DNA of 57,851 nucleotides from Basidiobolus ranarum (lineage: Eukaryota), in contig JASJQH010006885.1 in assembly GCA_040143965.1 (NCBI GenBank), positions 1 through 57,851 of the forward strand, given 5' to 3'. Position numbers and translations under genes: made by a program. The notes beneath the pieces were generated by a model. The model made no database searches. It was not told the origin of the DNA and was given only the letters and a program-made list of their open reading frames with translations. Positions 37,769-48,920 of this stretch are shown here, piece after piece. Position 1 is the first letter of the stretch, and each line of letters begins with the position of its first letter.

Positions 37769-38465
37769 TTTTTACTTTAGCTGATGATATATATAATGCT
37801 TGTAAACTACATTTAAGACGCATTATCATTATATTCAGGATAATCTTTACATATGCACAGCCCTATTCCATTATTTGTAGATGAAATCATTCACATCTCA
37901 AATGGGAGATCCGAATCCTGAGGCTGAATACATTATTTGAAGTATGAGAGCATTTAGAGTAATAAAGCAATTGGCGCTTCACGATTGTTGTATTCTTGCG
38001 CTTCAGCAGAGTAAGTACTGCTAGTAATCCTATTTCCAACATAAAGTTGAAACGTCACAAATATTTGAGGGTTGATATTCCATTCATTCTTGGAATGCAA
38101 ATAGGCACTCCATGCTATTGAAATTCATTAATAATCCAATACCGAATGTAATGAAATGAACATATTTACCTGATAGGCCTTTCAGCACATAATATGATCA
38201 TTGACATGACAGAAACCAAGTTATAATGTATATTGGGACTAGGCCCTAGTATTGCTATAAAATTAAACCATGCTTCAAAAACAACGGCACTATTGATCAA
38301 TATGAATTTTCATACGCTGATACTTTATTAACTAACCTCGACCTCCACTAACGTACGCTTCTTACAAGGCTCGCAATCGCTATATTTTACAACATGCTGC
38401 ACATGTTGAAATGTTTCGTCCAATTATAAATACTGGAAACAAACTAAACAAAAGTAGTATCGTAT

Positions 38466-38538
38466 GGGGCGTTGGCCTAATGGATAAGGCATCAGACTTC
38501 GGATCTGGGGATTGCGGGTTCGAGTCCCGTGCGCCTCG
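38466..38538 (+). tRNA. tRNA-Arg (UCG), copy 5 (C5-G68 variant)
   Basis: Identical to copy 3, followed by a T-run. Confidence 0.96.
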
Positions 38539-39453
38539 CTTTTGGGTTCTTTATATGAAATTCCAACGAGTTAATACGTAACAACTCAATGGAATGTCAT
38601 TGGGTACTTTAATATTGTCTCACAACAACGAGTGGATTGTTTTCAAGTCTTTACTCGTCTATAAAGTATATGTATCTATTCTAATTCGGTAGAATGTTCT
38701 ACGAATGCCCAAAATTACTTCGTGTGATTCTGAAGTTGGGAAAGATTGAATTACAGACTGTTGATGTTTGACTTTGGGACAGAATAGGATGGTAAGAGAG
38801 TGAAAGATCGAAGCCGAGTTAGACATCTGTGCCCATATTGAGTATTCTTAAAAGTCAATAGAGAATCGCCATGACTATATTTATCATCCTAAGTGAAGAT
38901 CTTAATATCCTCTACCTGTTGGGAGCAAATCATATCAAAATCCTCAACCATTTGGATGATCAATTCTTGAATAGACACACACTCAGACAGTACAGTTAGT
39001 CTAGATTCTACATATAATAATCCACCCTTCAATGGGTGATGTAATACTAAATTAATTGAACATCATCATCTCATTTGACGCGTAGTATACGTTTCCCACC
39101 AGAATCAGCAAGCCAGCCAGCCAGCCAACCATCCCTAAACATTGACACATTAGTTTTATCATCTCGTTAGCCTTAATTTTAAATGCTATTTCTTCACAAT
39201 CGATTGAACCCTAGCCCTGGGTGTACCTCGTCACCTACCGTAGCCTATTAGCATCGTTTAAGCTGTTCTGCAGAAATAATGCAGCTGTGACTGACTGGCA
39301 AAGTGCAAGTAAATTAACTGAAGCAATGGTTATTATCGATATCTAATAATAATGATTAGTCTCCGTTCGAATGCTTTAAAAGGAGTGATTTCCTAAAGAT
39401 ACGTTGACAAATCTTTGGAGTATATTACATCTCATTTATTCTACTAGCTAGCC

Positions 39454-40986
39454 ATGGTCCAAGCAAAGGAGAAGGTCTGCCTTGTGGTAATTGACGGTTG
39501 GGGTATCTCTCCCGAAAAATCAGCTGAAGGTGATGCTATCCGTAATGCAAACACTCCTGTTATGTCTCACTTTGAGAAAGATTATCCTTGGACTCCCATA
39601 GCCGCTCATGGACTATCCGTCGGTCTCCCTGAAGGATTGATGGGCAACTCTGAGGTTGGCCATTTGAATATTGGGGCTGGTCGAGTTGTTTACCAAGATA
39701 TTGTTAGAATAGATTTAGCGTTGGAGCGTAAAGAATTCATCAAGACTCCGAATATTGTCAAATCCTTCGAAACTGCCAAGAAAGGCAACGGTAGACTTCA
39801 TCTTTTAGGTCTGGTTTCGGACGGTGGGGTTCATTCTCATATCAAACATCTATTTGGTTTGGTTGAGGCTGCAAAGGAATTCGGTGTTCCTGATGTTTTC
39901 ATTCACTTCTTTGGCGATGGCCGTGATACTGCCCCAAAGTCGGCAGTCAAGTACATGAAGGAGCTTCTTGACTTCCTAACCAAATTAAACTACGGTTCCG
40001 TTGCCACTGTTTGCGGTCGTTACTACGCTATGGACCGTGACAAGCGTTGGGAGCGTATTCAACTTGCTTTTGATGGTCTTGTCAGTGGTAAGGGTGAGAA
40101 GTCAGACGATGCCATCAAGGCTATTGAAGAAAGATACAAGCAAAATGATACTGACGAGTTTCTCAAGCCCATTATTGTCAATCAGAATGGGATCATTAAG
40201 GATGATGATACTTTATTTTTCTTTGATTATCGTTCAGATCGTATGCGCGAGATTACTCAATCATTTGGTATTCAACCCACCCCGTTTGATTCCAAGGTTC
40301 CTAAAAACCTTCACATCTTCACCATGACTCAGTACAAAGCAGATTTTCCTTTTGAAGTGGCTTTCCCTGCCCAAACCATGGATAATGTTTTGGCTGAATG
40401 GTTAGCTACGAACAAGATTTCTCAATGCCATGTCGCTGAAACCGAAAAGTATGCCCATGTGACATTCTTTTTTAATGGCGGTTGTGAGAAACAGTTCGAC
40501 CTTGAAGAGCGTCGTTTGATTCCTTCCCCTCGAGTTGCAACTTATGATTTGAAACCAGAGATGAGCGCCCAGTCAGTTGGTGAAAAGGTTGCTGAAGAGA
40601 TCGCTTCAGGACAGTTTCCATTTATTATGTGTAATTTTGCTCCTCCTGATATGGTTGGGCATACTGGTGTTTATGAAGCAGCTATCAAGGGAGTAGAAGC
40701 TACCGATAAAGCGATTGGGGTTATTTATGAAGCTTGTAAGAAGAATGATTACATTCTATTCGTTACATCTGATCACGGGAACGCTGAAAAGATGATTTCG
40801 GAACATGGTGGGCCTCATACCGCTCATACGTGTGCGCCTGTACCATTTACCATGACCAGCAATAAGTACAGGTTTGTAAAAGGCCAAGGGGCTCTTTGTG
40901 ATGTTGCACCTACCATACTTCGTGTTATGGGGCTGGATGTTCCTGCCCAAATGACGGGTAAATCCTTGCTTGACGAAGCCGCCTAA
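39454..40986 (+). CDS. gpmI: 2,3-bisphosphoglycerate-independent phosphoglycerate mutase (iPGM), intronless
   Basis: Motifs LVVIDGWG, MGNSEVGHLNIGAGR, SDGGVHSH, GRYYAMDRD, AETEKYAHVTFFFNGG, PDMVGHTG and TSDHGNAE. Confidence 0.97.
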   Translation: MVQAKEKVCLVVIDGWGISPEKSAEGDAIRNANTPVMSHFEKDYPWTPIAAHGLSVGLPEGLMGNSEVGHLNIGAGRVVYQDIVRIDLALERKEFIKTPNIVKSFETAKKGNGRLHLLGLVSDGGVHSHIKHLFGLVEAAKEFGVPDVFIHFFGDGRDTAPKSAVKYMKELLDFLTKLNYGSVATVCGRYYAMDRDKRWERIQLAFDGLVSGKGEKSDDAIKAIEERYKQNDTDEFLKPIIVNQNGIIKDDDTLFFFDYRSDRMREITQSFGIQPTPFDSKVPKNLHIFTMTQYKADFPFEVAFPAQTMDNVLAEWLATNKISQCHVAETEKYAHVTFFFNGGCEKQFDLEERRLIPSPRVATYDLKPEMSAQSVGEKVAEEIASGQFPFIMCNFAPPDMVGHTGVYEAAIKGVEATDKAIGVIYEACKKNDYILFVTSDHGNAEKMISEHGGPHTAHTCAPVPFTMTSNKYRFVKGQGALCDVAPTILRVMGLDVPAQMTGKSLLDEAA

Positions 40987-41596
40987 ATCCCTATTCCTAC
41001 CAAAGTACTTCCTAGACCCTTCTGTGATTCAATGTAAATGTAAACCGCTCTGAGGCGAATATTGATATTCAAATTTCTAAATTAACCAATATTTCCCAGC
41101 TTCACTGTATATACTATACAAGTGTTCATAGCACCAGTTGGAGTGAGTAAAGTTTGAGAAGATGTTTCTGAAACAAGGATACCAATAACGTGTAATATCT
41201 GCTTTTACTTATCGTAGATAAGATAAACAATGTGCCATGATACAACTGTCTTATCAATTGATCTCTTGAATATGGGTTTTGTGTGTGACATCTCGGGTGT
41301 GTAGATAAGATCATTGAATGCATTTACCACTACTTTTACTATCGCTTTTGTCACTTTCACCAATCCAAAAATTCAATACTGATCTGACTAAATTCGGAAA
41401 CGTCATCTGACAGATAAGGCTGCTGGTGGAGGAAAGAATGAGGGGGTAGCCTAGCTCTAGTACGTGGAGGAAATAGGAAAAGAGGACTGGGTTTTCCTAA
41501 ACGGTTTTCTCAATTATTATAAAACTAGTTTCACCATATTATCTACTACTAATTATATTAGTTGTTGGTTAATTGAGAGAAAGTCTCTTGAATAGT

Positions 41597-43611
41597 ATGG
41601 CTGCTCAATTATACAAAACAGAATCAGGCAGATTATTTCATGCTGGTGCTATAGCACTTGTACTTGTGGGGTAATGACGGTTATATATAGACTTCTCTCT
41701 CATCTAGTGCAAAGACTAACTCTCAGTTACATAGTCTTCCAGCTAGAGGAAAAACACATGTTAGTAGATCTTTGAGACGATACTTACGGTGGCTTGGTGT
41801 CCAGACTCAAGTGTTTCACGTGGGAAACTATCGAAGAAAGATGGTTTCGAAGAGTTTAGGTCACGACTTTTTTAATCCAGGTATTCCCTTTTTCGTAGAC
41901 CTCCCTTTTTCTGGTGAAGGTGAGTTAACGGTTAGAGAATAGGCAATGCTGAAACGGCAGAACTTCGTAATCACGTTGCAAATGCTGCATTAGAAGATAT
42001 GATTTCCTGGCTGCGTAGTGTCGGTCAAGTTGGTATTTATGATGCCTCTAATATTACGGAACACAGAAGAAGGCAAGTCTTGGAGAAGTTAGAAGCGAAT
42101 AATATCCATGTAAGTTAGTTTCGTAACGGGTGACAATAGTTCATTTTCTAACTTAGAATGTATGTTACAGGTGATTTTTATTGGTAAGTGTTTGGAGTAG
42201 GTTAAGAAAGAATCTAAAGGCTGACACTCTTCCCCTTCAGAATCCATTTGTGATGATCCAAAGATTATTGAGGAGAACGTTAGGAATGTTAAAATCTCTT
42301 CACCAGATGTAAGCGTAGCAATTTCTCGTAAACTGATCTATTATGGCTAACTCTCTAATAGTATACCAATTGGGACCCCGATCAGGCAGTCAAAGATTTT
42401 GTGGTTAGTGTTATGCTACGAAAAGATATTAGTCACTGACTGACGAATGTACTTGTTAACAGCGTCGAATTAACAACCACGTCCCATACTATGAAACCAT
42501 TACCGACCGCAGCTTAAGCTTTGTCAAACTACTAAATGCTGGGGACCAGATTATATTGAATAACATCCAGGGATACTTGCAGGTACTTTTCCACTGCTTC
42601 ACACACATTACCCAACAAATCTAATCCCCTTCTTAGACACGATTGGTGTTCTTTTTGATGAATCTTCACATCAATGACCGAACAATTTACTTTGCCAGAG
42701 TTAGTATTGATTATGTAATGGATGAGATGACCATCGATTGATCGTTACATCCATTTAGAGTGGCGAGTCTATAGTCAACTCTTACAAAGGGGATTCTGCT
42801 TTAAATGCTCGTGGCGTACGCTATGCTGAAAACCTCAAGAATGTGTTGCTCTCACATCGACAAAAGAAAAAAATCGCGGGTGAAGAGCTGCGCCCATTTG
42901 GGGTATTTGACTTTGTTATCTCACCGTGGTGACTATTTCACTAATGATTGCTTTGATAGATATGGACCAGTACGCGTCAACGCAGTGTGAACACAGCTCA
43001 GTTCTTCCCTGCCGAAGTGCCGGTTAGACAGGTTGCGGGTTTATTGGAGCTGAATCCAGGCGAGGTGGATGAACTCACGAGTGCGGAAATTCTGGTACAT
43101 CATCAGCAATTCTATTCCCGTTCCTTGGGTTGGGATGTTAATATTGAGCGGACATTTATTATAGGCCAAGTTCCCTGAAGAGTATGAAAAGCATCAGAAA
43201 GATCCTTACAATCACCGGTATCCTCGTGGTGAGGTGAGAACTTCTAGATTATTCCAATTCTAAAGGTGAAACTCATTCCTTCTCTCAGTCCTATCACGAA
43301 TTAGCTATTCGTCTTGAGGAGATAATCTTGCAGTTAGAACGTGAACAGAATGATATTCTAATCATCGCACAGGAGACTGTTCTGAGAACTCTCTATGCGT
43401 ACTACTTTGGAAGACCCGCAGATGTAAGTGAATTGGGTTTGTTTGGTGTCTTCGTCATGCTAAATATGTTGATTTGTAGGAAATTCCCAACATCAATATT
43501 CCACGGGACACGTTGATTGAGGTTATTCCTTCTTCCTATGGTTGTCAAGAACATCGAATCTATATTGAAGATGAAATAGAATCCACCGATTTCGCTGGGG
43601 ATTTCGATTGA
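41597..43611 (+). CDS. 6-phosphofructo-2-kinase/fructose-2,6-bisphosphatase-like protein (YLR345W-like), about 13 exons
   Basis: [32 protein letters not shown] (P-loop), LRRYLRWLG, FHVGNYRR, IYFAR|SGES and YPRGE|SYHELAIRLE. Confidence 0.9.
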
Positions 43612-43735
43612 TTCACTGGTGCATGAAGGGCAGGGTAGTTGGCAGGTAGTTCCATACCACCAAATGTCTTTGATTTTATCGTTGATTGAAAATAATTCTC
43701 TCCGATGCAACATTGCGGTATAAATATGAAAGTAA

Positions 43736-43765
43736 GGGGTGAGGGTGGGGGTGAGGGTGAGGGTG
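43736..43765 (+). repeat. G-rich (GGGTGA)n-like repeat, potential G-quadruplex
   Basis: GGGGTGAGGGTGGGGGTGAGGGTGAGGGTG contains five G-runs of 3 or more. Confidence 0.6.
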
Positions 43766-43792
43766 AAGGAGTAACTGACATGAAGTTTACTT

Positions 43793-43853
43793 ATTTATCT
43801 ACTTTGCATGTATTTGATATTTATCTACTTTGCATGTATTTGATATTTATCTA
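43793..43853. repeat. Perfect 26-bp tandem duplication (about 2.3 copies)
   Basis: ATTTATCTACTTTGCATGTATTTGAT x2 followed by ATTTATCTA. Confidence 0.85.
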
Positions 43854-43900
43854 ATTATAAATAATTCCAAAATACCCATCTTATCGCCATTACATTAAAT

Positions 43901-45755
43901 CTAGCGTCCCTTGTAAGGTTCACACAATTTCTTAAGCACATTATCTGAATTGTAGCGGTTCAGAATGTAGAGAGCACGTTTGAATTCCTGTCGAATTAGA
44001 TACCGACTATTTCAAAGGATAATTTGGTGGATAATTTAGTGATCGATAGAAAGGGTGTAGAGCTGGTAGAGGAGTGACTTACCCAGGTTTACTAACTACT
44101 CTTCCTACGTTGTTATCGACCTGGAAAGGGTCTTCGATACAAATCCTATCAGAGCAATTAGACAAGAGTATCGTTTCAACAAAGAATAGACGAGCTTACC
44201 AGTATCCTCCATTATAGAGCATCCTACCGTGCTTTCGTGTCTAGAAGAATGTTCAAGTTAGAATCATAGGATTCATGCATTTCATGGATAAGTCATGCTC
44301 ACATAAGTACGCCAGCCCTTATCTGCACGATCTATCAATTCTCCAGTTCGAATACTAAATTAAAAAGTGTCAGAAAATCCAACTCTCGCTCATATTGCAA
44401 CGGTGACATCTACCTGATAACGGAATGATCCAGGTCCATTTCGTGAGCGTAAAAATTGAAGAAGTTATAAAGTAATTCACCAATCTGTTGAGTATCCGCT
44501 TCAGGGGACCAGTGGTGTGGTAGATTCTTTAAATCATCAAAAAAATAAGTGTTGCATCCATTGACAATCTCTTGCGGTGGGGGTTTGGAATGGTCGGTAC
44601 GAATTTGTTGCAGTACGGGCAAATGACCTTGCTCTTGCATTAAGAAGATTGACATGAGTACGTAGCCGTAGCTATTCATCGTCCCGGTAAAAGGCTCGTT
44701 AATCCGACGAGATTTGGCCCAATGCTTCACGACTGTCACCAGTTGACGGAGTTGTGGATTAATCTGAGATTAGGTTGAGATTTGTTTAGCATCGCATTCG
44801 CTCGAGGTCATTGATAATCTCATTTCACCTGTGAATATGTCTTTAATAGCAGAGCATTGTAAACACCTATGATGTTGTTGAAACCAATGTCACAGCTTAG
44901 TCCACTATTTACATGGATGATGTAAGCATTGGTTCTCTTCATGCGAATGCTTTACTAGATACATACCTAACTCGATCCTAAGAGAACAAAGTTAGCAGAG
45001 CTGTCGAGTAATATCCACAGATTAACACAAACTCATACTTGAAGCTTTATGATGGGGACTTTTGCCTGAGGTATGGTGGTCACATATCCTAAATCATCTG
45101 TGACAGTGTCGGTTTTTTAAACGAATCCTCTCTAATATCCGCCTAGTATTTTCAACTTACGTGAATGTAAAATTCTTCCGAACTCTGTGACGAAGCTTCT
45201 TGGGTTCATAGAGCTACGACCTCTTGTGCATACACAGAAATCCACATCTTAATTGAGGGGTGATATTAGCTTTCAAATCACGATATTCAAGTAGCGCTAA
45301 TGAGGTCTTACCCGAATTTCTCAAACCGAAACCGGAAACCGTACTTCCAAAAGGAAAAAGTCTAGTATCTAATTCATGACCATGTAAGTGTCGACTCTTT
45401 GCTAATACTTTTAAACCATACTATTACCAGGTGCCCATTTTGTCAAAACTTTGTTCACTCTTTCATACAATAATTCCCGCTTCCTTTCGTCTTCTTTGGT
45501 ACTTGCCACAGTGGAACATAGTTTATTCACTTGTTCACTTACTGCCGAAAAGAACTCCTCTTTTTCGAACTCGGAAGTCTCTCCCTCTTCTTCGTATCCT
45601 CTTGAATGGGCGAGTTTCTTGGCCAAGTTACGTTTACGTTTAGGGGAGTGTTTGTAAGCACTTAACGCAGTGTCCAAGTGAAAACTTCGTAAGGTAAGTA
45701 GTCTACCTAAAGTGAAGTTGGCTCGTATTGTACTCGTATTTAACTGAAGCATCAT
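43901..45755 (-). CDS. Cid1/GLD2-family non-canonical RNA nucleotidyltransferase (poly(A)/poly(U) polymerase), multi-exon
   Basis: LFPFGSTVSGFGLRNS|DVDFCV (GS...DxD), KVPIIKL, CDIGFNN, VKHWAKSRRINEPFTGTMNSYGYVLM, and PAP-associated domain ICIEDPFQVDNNVGR. Confidence 0.88.
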
Positions 45756-46000
45756 ATCATATCATATATGCCGGACTTTGGCTATCATATGAATTTCCAT
45801 TTCGACAAGAAATTTTCGTACCATTCCCACTCACATTCAGCTAAATCTTTCATATGATCAATCTTTGATCGGGGTTAATCGATGAAGGAATTATTTGGGG
45901 TTTATTGTTTAGATATACAAGACTAACAAGACAAGTAACGAATTACAATAAAATTACAATCAAATAGAATACACTGGAAATATGTGTTCAATATGAGTTA

Positions 46001-48470
46001 TTATTCGACTTCACCAGAACGAACATGAAAATTCACCACTGTAGGTTGCATTAAAGTATGTTGCAAGGAAATCATAAAAGGTTGATCTGGATGGACGATA
46101 AAGGTTGCATATCTCCTACAAATAACTGATGAATGGATGCATTTAGATGGTATGCTGGTCAAGTGGACTTACTTGGAGACCCGACTTCCACCTCGATTGG
46201 GAACGTTCGTGTTAATTTTGAATTTAAGTTCACCGGTACTTCGTAGATAGAATTTGATGGGGAAATCTTGACATGGTTTAGGCCTAGAAAGACATGAGTT
46301 GACTTGGTAAACTTTTACGAATGAATCCTACCGAATTTACCTGTCCGAGGCAGAGATGGCTTTTTCATCGTAGCTGAACAGACTTGGATCAAAGTAAGGA
46401 CTCTCACTAAATGATTGAGGACTGTAGGGCAAGGCAGCCAGCACCCTTTTTACTGCCTGCGATGGTCTAAAGGAGAATACTTTTAGTATAGAGCAGCTTA
46501 ACGTTCATCGAATGATCACTTCTACCCTCCATTCCTAGCATTGCGGACCGCATATTGTTGTTTCTTTAAGATCAATCTAGCGAAAGCATTATTAGACCAA
46601 GTCCAATTCAAATTCGCTGGTTCATTATAATTAGGTCCTCGAAAGGATTCTGAATGATGCTCGAATAAACTGAGGAGTTCTTCGGAAGTATTTTCATAAA
46701 GGGCAATGATCATCGTTGTGTCGATATTATATACCACAAAGAATGCCGTTTGATTCGTTCCCTCAGTATTCTGAATGAATGATGAAAGGATTCGTTAGCC
46801 AAGTGATTTTCAGATAGTGAATTGGTAAATAAATGTGATATTACCCGGCCAGTGACACATTCAACACTACTCAGCTTTACCAGGAGATGTGTTTCATCTA
46901 GAAACTGAGCTTTCCAAAGAACCAACGATTCAAATTGTGAAAAAGTGAGGTAAAAGTTTTGTAGGGCCATTCCGCTGGGAGGGGGAGGGGTGAAGTTAGT
47001 CGATCTCTCTTTCATGTTACAAATACATGAGATGAACTAACTTATCGTCCACTGATTTGGCTTTCTTGTAAAGGTATGCCAACAGTCTATGCTTGAATCC
47101 ACTAAGGGGAGGCTGAGTCTACAAAGCGAACCTTGGTTTAGTTTCCCGTTTAACATCAATGGATCTTTTCTGTCTTAGAACTAACATGCTTGAAATCATC
47201 AAATAGAATACTCTGCTCATCGGGATTATCAACTAGAGATGGGTCCCGGTGTGATAACGAAGGAACCTCCAAGCGGGTGCTGGAACCGAGTGATAAAGTT
47301 CTTGACAGATCTATGCCTGCTCTTCCATGCCATTCCGCGTCTGGTGGTGCTGAATGGCTACGTTGACGTGTCTCAAATTGTTCATTGAATTCCTCGTATT
47401 TGGCCAGTTCCAATTCATCATCATCGTAGTTGTACCAGCCGATAGTTCTTAATCCAACGAATGTTCCATTTTCCTACAAACAACATCAACATCAGTTTTC
47501 AGGTTAACATTCCCACTTGTTCGTCTAAAGCGATTACCTTGATCTGAAATACATGTATACATTGATTTTGAAGTGATGTGATAGCGAAGAATTGACCATA
47601 CAAACTAACTCCAGAATGATGGGATAAATAAATGAAATCACTTTTAAAAGTCTTTCGGTCACATATCTAAGTTTCATGGGGAATAGATTGGTTAAGAGGG
47701 GGAGATAGATTGAACTATTCAACTTCTCAGTACCTTTCCACTTTCAATTTCCATCACATAAAACGTAATATCATCCAGGTTGGCCATACAATTCAACGAA
47801 GAAGGATATCTGCACGCTTCGGCCGAGGAAGCTGTGGAGGGACAGGCAGAGGCCAGGATAAGCTATTCAACGTATAAACTCCATTATACAAGAGTGCAAT
47901 TAAGCATTTGAACGAAGGAGAGCTTACATGTTTTTGATTGGATGTTACCAGGCAAAAGTCCTTACATAAGAGTTCAGCGGGATCAAAGGTGAGGATTTTC
48001 TCATACTTTAACGAGAAAAATTGTTGAAAAGTAGCGTGGAGTTAAAAAAGATACTCGAATCAAAGGAGGGACAATACAATAAAAGAAAAATCGCTAAAAA
48101 GGATATATAGCTCCACTTTCTGCTTCTGGTGACTCATTGTCCGGTTTCTTAGGACTACATGGTCCAAGAAACGTGTAAAGTTGAAGTGCATGTTGATTGC
48201 GAGAGAAGCAAACTAGGTGCTAAGCAGGGAATTAGAACCATTGAGTAACAAAATCAACAAGGAAATGGGACTAAATACCTTTCCGTCTGGAGTGAATCGT
48301 TTAAGAAATATACATGTAGATATGGCAATGTTGTATAGAGTATGGTTAGGATAAACGTGCTGATAGAGTTGACGTTTCTTCAAGTAGGTTGTGTTTGGCT
48401 TCTGAAAATTCAACTCTCGATTTCTAAGTATATTGACCAAGTTTCCAGGTGAGACGTAGGCTTTGTCCAT
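46001..48470 (-). CDS. DET1: DET1 (de-etiolated 1) homolog, CRL4-DDB1 adaptor, multi-exon
   Basis: RQLYQHVYPNHTLYNI..FLKRFTPDGK|HLVCFS, ELLCKDF, LWKAQFLDETHLLVK, YENTSEELLSLFE, LAALPYSPQSFSESPYFDPSLFSYDEK and HPDQPFMIS..VVNFHVR, all in DET1 order. Confidence 0.9.
48031..48106 (-). other. U12-type (minor spliceosome) AT-AC intron in DET1
   Basis: Minus strand reads /ATATCCTTTTT...TCTTTTTTAACTCCACGCTAC/. Removing these 76 nt restores the frame (ESGA I FQQFFSLKYE). Confidence 0.88.
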
Positions 48471-48920
48471 AATGTAAGTAGAAAAGGTAAGTATAGATTG
48501 GCAGCTTAGAATCTAAAGCTCGTATGCTAATTTGGGGTATGATATTTCGGTCCAATAACTAGATCAAGTGATATACTTCGTTGGTGCCGATTTAAGCAAA
48601 GTTTGGAAACTAATCAGAAATACAAGAGAAGGGTTAGGTGAAAAAGCATCACTTAGGGTCAGAGAGCGGCACTAGCGACTCCATGCGATTGCTTATATTA
48701 CGTATTTAACAATTCAGTAATCTTGGTGTTATTTTACCCTGATTGCTTGAATGAACTTAAATACAGATGACTATTTGAACATTGCACAGATATCATCTAT
48801 GTGCTACCGTGACTCATACTGTGGAATTATATAAACGGGCGTTTGGACTCATATTCACAACTTACAATCTCCCACAGACTAGTACGTGTGTGTTCCCTTA
48901 TTAACTCTCTACACACGATA

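Noticed and set aside
39454-40986. Intronless iPGM as a bacterial horizontal transfer
   Set aside because: iPGM is native to many fungi, and hexokinase here is also intronless. No cryptic PTS1 is seen after the stop.
41881-41942. Intron starting GTATTCCCTT, resembling a GT-AG U12 donor
   Set aside because: It does not match GTATCCTT and has no TCCTTAAC-type branch site; treated as U2.
47801-47809. Second ATATCCTT (U12 donor-like) on the minus strand in DET1
   Set aside because: It lies within a continuous in-frame exon (EACRYPSSLNCMANLDD), so no intron is needed.
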